Positions 26,596 through 32,000 of a stretch of 32,000 nt of DNA are shown piece by piece; positions within the stretch are counted from its first letter, which is position 1, and each line of letters opens with the position of its first letter. A program made the translations under genes and the position numbers. The notes below the pieces were generated by a model. The model saw only the letters and a program-made list of their open reading frames with translations. It was not told the DNA's origin and ran no database searches. The stretch comes from Candidatus Babelota bacterium (GTDB lineage Bacteria > Babelota > Babeliae > Babelales > Vermiphilaceae). The stretch is taken from the NCBI GenBank assembly GCA_039809905.1, contig JBDHVY010000001.1, positions 300,001 to 332,000 on the forward strand, given 5' to 3'.

Positions 26596-28695
26596 TTAAA
26601 CTTCTGCGGCTTGCCCCATTTTAGGAACAGATGCTTTTTTGCTTTCACGTCTCCTAATTAGTACATTTTCTATTTTTTTAATGTTCTCAGAAGTAATTTC
26701 TTGTCTTGCCTGCTTCGCTTTTTCTGATAATTTTGGATATTCATTGCGTATTATGTGTATTCGCTCATTATAGTACTTTTCATCATCTGACCCATGCATA
26801 ATTTTCTCTGTTTTTTTCTCTTTATCTTCCCACTTAAACAAAACATTATCTTTTTCTTTAAAATAAACAGTTACATTGTCTGAATTTTTACTGCCAACAA
26901 TTAAAACATCTTTATTAGTAATACCACTAGAATCAGTTATTTCATCAATGAAAAACCATTTATAACTTTGCGATGACCTAATCAAATTAAACCAAGATAG
27001 CATGGAATAAAAATCCCATACTGTTGACGATATCTTTTTTATTCTATGAATAACTTGTACACGATCTTTCGGCAATAATCGTACAGATATCAAGGATGCC
27101 ATTAATTTTGCTTTTCTTTGCAGCCAATCCTGTATTTTCAATGTAATACGTTTTGGTGTTAAATCTTTCAATTCATAAACAGTACGAATAGCATCTTCTT
27201 TAGTAATGCCTGATGACACCATAGAAACAATGGCTCTAATATTATATGAGTTAATTTTAAGCTCAAAAGGAATAGTATCAGCATATAGTAAGATTATTGC
27301 AGGCTCTTTTTTAAAAAACGAAACAACATCGAGCGGCTTTTGCGGATCTCTTGTTTTGGCCAAAATCGAACCTATGGAAACAATTTTGTTATCAATATCT
27401 ACAACTGAAAACCATTCTATGCCTGGCAATTTAATCTGCGCAGTATTTTCTGTCCAACCTTCTGAAATAGGCCGCAAAATCGCACCATATTCATTTTTCA
27501 TTGTTTTTGCTCTTTTAAAAAAATCAGCAAAATTCATAGCTGTATACAAACGTATAACTTCTTTTCCATTATGCCAATTACTTATCAGATCAGGTGTCGC
27601 TACAGATGTAACCACATCATTTAACCCTTGAATTATTATAGGAAAAGAATAATATTCTTGCGTTTCTGATTTTATATTACCATAGATTATTTCAGCATTT
27701 ACTCCTGCTGCATAACATGATAACATTACCAACAATTTAGTATTTATTTTGTGATCAAAAAAACGTAATGTTTCTTTGAAATCATTAAAATTCAGATCCA
27801 CAACGCTATGATTAATTAATCCATGACCCGATATAAACACATGCCATTCAGGAATAATCATTTTTTCTTTATAATCAGCTTTTTGACAAAAAATCATATC
27901 CAAGGACGTTACAAAATAATGTGCGCGCATTGAACGCAAATAACGGATCGTACTTTTTAGAAAATAATTTACAAAACGACCATGTAAAGGCCTTATTATT
28001 AAGGAATAATCAATAGATTCCATATGATTAACTTTTAAGCCAAGTTGCAATTCAATATCAGTTATTTTGTTATCAGATCTATACTCTTTCACCTTATCTA
28101 TACTAATATTTATAGATTTTAAATACCTTATCGGCAGTAAAAGATTAAGAGAATTATTAATCTTTTTAATAATCCATTTATCGGCCTGAAAAGACAACTT
28201 ACTTATCGGAATCGCCATCTTTTCTTGAAGAGCCTTCTCAATTTCAGGATCTTTTTTTTTCTTGAGATAATAAGCTTGCTGCTCTTTACTGAATTCATCA
28301 TAAAGAGCAGTAATAGATCTATTATCCTTAGATCTATGCTCAAACAAATTATATAATAATGAAGTAGAAACGAGCATTGGGCTTGCTTCTTGATAAAGAG
28401 CTATAGACAATTCAATACTCAATGCTCCAAAATCATTTATTTCTGAATCATCAAGAAATATAAGCAATCCTTTTTTCTTATCAAGCTCTACCTTTGACAG
28501 CTCATTTTTTTGAAATTCTTTATTTATCAATTGTTGTTGGATTTGATTTTGTGAAAGTCCCTGCACACTCTTTTTGTTGATTTGATATTTTTGCTTGGCT
28601 TGCTTGGCAATACTATTCATCATAAAAAAAATAAGCAATGACGTTATCAATTGAAATAATTCATTATTTTTTATATTGCTTATTTTGTTTTTCAT
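26596..28695 (-). CDS. Exported/membrane-anchored protein with caspase/gingipain/CHAT-like (clan CD) peptidase motifs
   Basis: N-terminal hydrophobic segment (LFQLITSLLIFFMMNSIA). His-Gly motif EWHVFISGHG (His291, 27823-27825) is followed 36 residues later by TKLLVMLSCYAAG (Cys327, 27715-27717). Confidence 0.65.
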   Translation of the reverse strand: MKNKISNIKNNELFQLITSLLIFFMMNSIAKQAKQKYQINKKSVQGLSQNQIQQQLINKEFQKNELSKVELDKKKGLLIFLDDSEINDFGALSIELSIALYQEASPMLVSTSLLYNLFEHRSKDNRSITALYDEFSKEQQAYYLKKKKDPEIEKALQEKMAIPISKLSFQADKWIIKKINNSLNLLLPIRYLKSINISIDKVKEYRSDNKITDIELQLGLKVNHMESIDYSLIIRPLHGRFVNYFLKSTIRYLRSMRAHYFVTSLDMIFCQKADYKEKMIIPEWHVFISGHGLINHSVVDLNFNDFKETLRFFDHKINTKLLVMLSCYAAGVNAEIIYGNIKSETQEYYSFPIIIQGLNDVVTSVATPDLISNWHNGKEVIRLYTAMNFADFFKRAKTMKNEYGAILRPISEGWTENTAQIKLPGIEWFSVVDIDNKIVSIGSILAKTRDPQKPLDVVSFFKKEPAIILLYADTIPFELKINSYNIRAIVSMVSSGITKEDAIRTVYELKDLTPKRITLKIQDWLQRKAKLMASLISVRLLPKDRVQVIHRIKKISSTVWDFYSMLSWFNLIRSSQSYKWFFIDEITDSSGITNKDVLIVGSKNSDNVTVYFKEKDNVLFKWEDKEKKTEKIMHGSDDEKYYNERIHIIRNEYPKLSEKAKQARQEITSENIKKIENVLIRRRESKKASVPKMGQAAEV

Positions 28696-28789
28696 ACTTG
28701 AAAACCTTTATAGATTTGCACTTATAAATAATTCATCTATGATGGTATTAATTTTTCAATTAAAAAAACAAGAAAGGGAAATTATCTCA

Positions 28790-29296
28790 TCAGTTCAAAT
28801 ACAACTGCTTGATACGTACTTCATTAATTTTATCTTGAACATCTTCACAAAAATAATCTAGCTGCCAGGCTTGTGTCCGCTGAGCTTGAGCATTATCTGC
28901 TGCATCCCAAATGGGATACACACGAATAGCACGTTTGCCGCCATTTCCATCTTTTGAAATAATCCCTTTTTGGTATAAAACATCTTTTGGAAAGACAAAC
29001 TGTCCACAATGGTTTTTGTTACGCACATGTACTACGAAAAAATCAAATTGATCACTCATATCATAGGGCATGATTGGTCCTTTACCAATACGTTTCCAAA
29101 AGGTAACAAATTGACCAATTTTAGTTGGCGTAATTTTTCCTACGCGAAAGATAATTTTTTTGCCATTCATCTCAAAAGAGCATGCACCATATTCGCGGCT
29201 CTCTGGTTCTTGTTGTATGTTTTCACATTTCCAGCCAAGAGGTTCATAAATATACTTTTGCGCTTCAACCAAATCATTTGTTTTTGTTGTTGCCAT
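28790..29296 (-). CDS. mepB: MepB family protein
   Basis: FRVGKITPTKIGQFVTFWKRIGKGPIMPYDMSDQFDFFVVHV...GQFVFPKDVLYQKGIIS...GKRAIRVYPIWD is typical of the MepB family. Confidence 0.8.
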   Translation of the reverse strand: MATTKTNDLVEAQKYIYEPLGWKCENIQQEPESREYGACSFEMNGKKIIFRVGKITPTKIGQFVTFWKRIGKGPIMPYDMSDQFDFFVVHVRNKNHCGQFVFPKDVLYQKGIISKDGNGGKRAIRVYPIWDAADNAQAQRTQAWQLDYFCEDVQDKINEVRIKQLYLN

Positions 29297-29300
29297 ACAT

Positions 29301-30629
29301 CTATCTTTCGTGTTGTTGTAATTCTATTCCTGCTTCAGGCGTAATAACATTATTCCTTCTTTCGTGAAGAACTATTTTGCCTCCCAACGCTTGCAGCTTC
29401 TTTTCAAGCGCGTCATATCCTCGTTTCCAATGATGAAGCCCTGCCACGATTGTCACTCCTTGTGCCACAAGACCTGCAACAACAAGCGCCATTGATGCTC
29501 TAATATCACCAGCTTTAACTGCCGCCCCTGATAATTGTGGTACGCCAATAATGGTAGCTTTATTCTGTTCAATTTTTATATTAGCACCCATTTTTATTAA
29601 TTCATGGGCATGATGAAAACGATTTTCAAATACTGTTTCTTCAATAATGCTCGTTCCCTGCGCTATGCATTGCAATGCCATCATTGGTGCTTGCAAATCA
29701 GTAGGAAATTGCGGATATGGACCAGTTTTTAGCGAGATAGCCCGGGGAAACTGCGTTGCTTTTAAATGAATACCTTTGCCATCATCGCCCACAGTAATGG
29801 TATGACCCATTTCTTGAAGCTTAAGCAAAAATACATCCAGAACATCTGCTTGCGCATTAGAAATAGTAATTTCTCCCCCAGTTGCAGCCGCTGCTATCAA
29901 AAGAGACCCCGCTTCAAGGCGATCAACCATAATGGCGTGTTCTATTGGTCGCAAGGTTTCAACACCTTCGATAATAATAGTTGCTGGCGCTTCAATTTTT
30001 ATTTTTGATCCCATTTTGGTCAAGGCAGCAATAAGATCAAATACTTCAGGCTCACAAGCGGCATTTATAATTTTCGTTGTTCCTTGGGCCATTGTTGCTG
30101 CCATAATGATGTTTTCTGTTGCGCCCACACTAGGGTATTCAAGAACAAGACGCGTTGCGGTCAATTGTTGAACATCTGCAGAGACAAATTCCTCTTCTTG
30201 CAGAAATGCTGCTCCCATTTTCTCAAAATTCTTTAGATGATAATCAATCGGCCGCTTGCCAATTGCATCACCCCCAGGAAGCCCGCCTATCTTTGCCTTT
30301 CCAAAACGAGCAAGCAATGGCCCCATAGCCAAAATAGAAGTGCGCGTTTTTTGCATAATATCAGCATTAATAGTCCAACTATGCAACAAAGTTGTATCAA
30401 CAAAAAATTGATGTTTTTCAGCATCAAAAAAAACAATTGCTCCAAGCGCAATAAGCAGCTCTGCCATTGCATACACATCAGCTGAAGCCGGAACATTATA
30501 TAAAATCGATTTACCACGTGTTAAAATGAGAGATGATATGGTAACTAACACCGCATTTTTGGCACCGCTTAATTCTACTTCACCATACAATGGTCCTGAT
30601 TGATCTACTTTTAAATATCCATCATGCAT
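29301..30629 (-). CDS. murA: UDP-N-acetylglucosamine 1-carboxyvinyltransferase
   Basis: LSGAKNAVLVTISSL, LPGGDAIGKRPIDYHLKNFEKMGA, and C-terminal DIRASMALVVAGLVAQGVTIVAGLHHWKRGYDALEKKLQALGGKI. Confidence 0.95.
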   Translation of the reverse strand: MHDGYLKVDQSGPLYGEVELSGAKNAVLVTISSLILTRGKSILYNVPASADVYAMAELLIALGAIVFFDAEKHQFFVDTTLLHSWTINADIMQKTRTSILAMGPLLARFGKAKIGGLPGGDAIGKRPIDYHLKNFEKMGAAFLQEEEFVSADVQQLTATRLVLEYPSVGATENIIMAATMAQGTTKIINAACEPEVFDLIAALTKMGSKIKIEAPATIIIEGVETLRPIEHAIMVDRLEAGSLLIAAAATGGEITISNAQADVLDVFLLKLQEMGHTITVGDDGKGIHLKATQFPRAISLKTGPYPQFPTDLQAPMMALQCIAQGTSIIEETVFENRFHHAHELIKMGANIKIEQNKATIIGVPQLSGAAVKAGDIRASMALVVAGLVAQGVTIVAGLHHWKRGYDALEKKLQALGGKIVLHERRNNVITPEAGIELQQHER

Positions 30630-30910
30630 GTAAAAAATTCCTGGTTATATCTTTAGCGCTTATTATTATAAATCTTTCTTTAAATAATTAGGATTGCCAG
30701 TATAGCAGAAATATTGTTTAAAATGATTATCATCATTCTGTTTATAACATCAAACTCATTAAAAAATATTTAACGTTCAATGTTTTCAGTTATAATACCA
30801 TACTATGCTATAACCATCAGTCCATCACCTTATAAGCCTTATAAGCAAACAAGTATCAAAATTTACACTCAATAACAAAAATTAAGATAAAACAATCAGG
30901 AAGAGAGACA

Positions 30911-32000
30911 ATGAAAAAAATAGGTTTTATATACATATTATTATCTTATGCAGCATTCGCTTTTCTATATTCCGTATGCATGGATTTGCCACAACATTTG
31001 AAGTCCACAGAAGATCAAAGATATTTTAATCATTTGGTAAGAAGCCATGCTTTTGATAAAGCAAGGACATATGTAAATGGCAAAGAAAATCTTTTAGATG
31101 TAAGCAATTCTTTTTTATGCCCTTTATCTATTGCAATTAATGAAAATGATTATTCTGCTGTTTCTTTTTTGCTTTCACTGCCTATGAAATATAACGATAT
31201 GCATTATATCCAAGTCAAAAATAAAAAAATGGCAAAATTACTTACCCATAGAGGCAAAACAGATCACAATACAAAAGATCTCCACATACAAATATTATTC
31301 GCAATGACTCGCCATGGTGGTTACAAAAAACCTTTCATGAGATATACGATGAATGCAATTGATATAAATATGCGAATCGATGATTCAAAAAATACTTTTT
31401 TGCATAATGCAGTAGCCACAAAAAATCGCAAGGCTCTCGAGGTTTTATTGGAAAATTCTTCGATTAACATACACAAAAAAAATATCCATGGTCTAACTGC
31501 ATATCAACTTGCTATTGATTGTGCACAGCCAAAGATTATCGATCTTTTTAACAAAGTAGGGATTTTTTTTAGTCCTATTGAACGAGGAAATCCTTGCGAA
31601 ATCGAAGGTGATGAAAAAAAAATTGAATTTTTAGCAGAAAATGAAAAGTTCTTAGCTACGCTTCTTTTTAATACCACAAAAAGAGAAGTAGAAAACCTTA
31701 CAAAACAAAAAAAAGCATATTCAGCGCAGCAAGGAATTATGTGCAATAGCAAAGGCTATTACTTTCTTAATGCTTCGATGAAAGATTTAGAATGCTGGAT
31801 GGGCCTGGAAAAAATGGAAAATATAAAAAAGCATTTGGCAGATATCTGCTGTATGGTATTAGATGGAATGAGAGATGATTCAAACCATCTTTTTAAAGGC
31901 ACTCTACCAAGATATGCTTTTCTGGAGGGTATACCCTTTTCCGATCATAATTCAATTACTAAGCTCGTAAAAAAATATCCTTTTACACTCTTTTATAATG
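30911..32000 (+). CDS. Partial exported ankyrin-repeat-like protein (C-terminus beyond window end)
   Basis: Manual translation is open from the ATG at 30911 to the window end. N-terminus MKKIGFIYILLSYAAFAFLYSVC; ankyrin-like unit NTFLHNAVATKNRKALEVLLENSSINIHKKNIHGLTAYQLAIDCAQPKIIDLF. Confidence 0.7.
   Translation, partial: MKKIGFIYILLSYAAFAFLYSVCMDLPQHLKSTEDQRYFNHLVRSHAFDKARTYVNGKENLLDVSNSFLCPLSIAINENDYSAVSFLLSLPMKYNDMHYIQVKNKKMAKLLTHRGKTDHNTKDLHIQILFAMTRHGGYKKPFMRYTMNAIDINMRIDDSKNTFLHNAVATKNRKALEVLLENSSINIHKKNIHGLTAYQLAIDCAQPKIIDLFNKVGIFFSPIERGNPCEIEGDEKKIEFLAENEKFLATLLFNTTKREVENLTKQKKAYSAQQGIMCNSKGYYFLNASMKDLECWMGLEKMENIKKHLADICCMVLDGMRDDSNHLFKGTLPRYAFLEGIPFSDHNSITKLVKKYPFTLFYN

Noticed and set aside
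27206-27631. 141-aa plus-strand ORF
   Set aside because: Antisense within the caspase-like gene with no recognisable features. Probably a shadow ORF.
1-32000. CRISPR array, transposase, prophage or classical defence operon
   Set aside because: I looked for regularly spaced repeats and hallmark proteins on both strands and saw none. The only repeats noticed are the three palindromic copies and the short 12-nt tandem.

Overview
The window is AT-rich bacterial chromosome with a gene-dense, mostly minus-strand informational core. Many neighbouring proteins carry signal peptides, and ankyrin and caspase-like proteins flank the core, which resembles a host-associated lineage (inference only). In transcription order the core is tRNA-Tyr, tRNA-Gly, tRNA-Thr(TGT), tRNA-Thr(GGT), rpmG, tRNA-Trp, secE, nusG, rplK, rplA, rplJ, rplL, rpoB, rpoC, tRNA-Val, rpsO, pnp, rph and a possible holA. 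The left flank has a cdaA-cdaR-like pair, a DUF502 membrane protein, three tandem exported methyltransferase-like proteins and arfB. The right flank has tsaE, a YacP-like NYN protein, atpG, a 699-aa exported protein with caspase/gingipain-like His and Cys motifs, mepB, murA and an ankyrin-type exported protein that runs off the window. The best leads are: (1) the caspase-fold-like protein; (2) the array of signal-peptide methyltransferase paralogues, two of which appear to have lost the SAM motif; (3) a 30-nt palindromic repeat whose stem shows compensatory changes and whose arm coincides with the CCA end of two tRNAs; (4) an apparent -1 frameshift on an A7 heptamer in rpmG; (5) a CdaA-like protein with its catalytic motifs missing; (6) MurA with Asp at the fosfomycin-target Cys position. 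I found no CRISPR array, transposase, or clear multi-gene defence system.
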